Source: a bacterium (GTDB lineage Bacteria; Hinthialibacterota; Hinthialibacteria; Hinthialibacterales; Hinthialibacteraceae). From it: DNA of 15,965 nucleotides. Location: the NCBI GenBank assembly GCA_041946805.1, contig JBHGBC010000144.1, positions 1 through 15,965 on the forward strand. Reading direction: 5' to 3'. A program made the position numbers and the translations under genes. Below the pieces are notes generated by a model that was not told the origin of the DNA, ran no database searches, and saw only the letters and a program-made list of their open reading frames with translations. Below, one piece after another: positions 15,802 to 15,965 of this stretch. Position 1 is the stretch's first letter, and each line of letters starts with the position of its first letter.

Positions 15802-15828
15802 TTAGTTTTGGTGAGATTTCGTATTTAT

Positions 15829-15965
15829 GGCTCATCCGGCCAGTGCGTACTTTTTTCAGATGACTGGTTCGTGTCTCTTCATGGGGATTGATGAAAACAA
15901 TCCCCTCAAAATTCCCTCTCCCTCTGGGAGAGGGCCAGGGTGAGGGAATTTTTTAGGGGCGGACC
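15829..15965. mobile_element. MITE-like element, copy D (runs off the window edge)
   Basis: Starts GGCTCATCCGGCCAGTGCGTACTTTTTTCAGAT, core at 15912-15946, then GGGGCGGACC as in reversed copy C. Confidence 0.8.

Noticed and set aside
1311..15946. 35-bp repeats as a CRISPR array
   Set aside because: Copies are kilobases apart, in both orientations, with no spacer periodicity and no cas genes.

Overview
GC-rich bacterial chromosome segment; the lineage cannot be assigned from the sequence, but the sulfatase/ThuA/DUF1080/DUF5010 content suggests a glycan-degrading environmental bacterium. The left end holds a NarL-type two-component pair (partial histidine kinase plus response regulator). Most of the window is a minus-strand housekeeping cluster: GT-B glycosyltransferase-like gene, C-terminally short glmU, rplY, pth, rpsF, ssb, rpsR, rpsT, ispD, ispE, yajC and a secreted GH99/DUF5010-like protein. 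The right end holds secreted carbohydrate-related genes: a Tat sulfatase, a ThuA-domain protein and a DUF1080 protein. The main non-coding signal is a MITE-like family of about 210-310 bp with 22-bp imperfect terminal inverted repeats (4 copies). Each copy carries a 35-bp hairpin/G-quadruplex core, and two also carry other REP-like fragments. Other points of interest are a GlmU lacking its acetyltransferase end with prs absent, a small MNT-HEPN toxin-antitoxin junction remnant, a probable S6:S18 leader, a possible glmU attenuator, and long extensions on S18 and S6. No tRNA, rRNA, CRISPR array or transposase was recognised.
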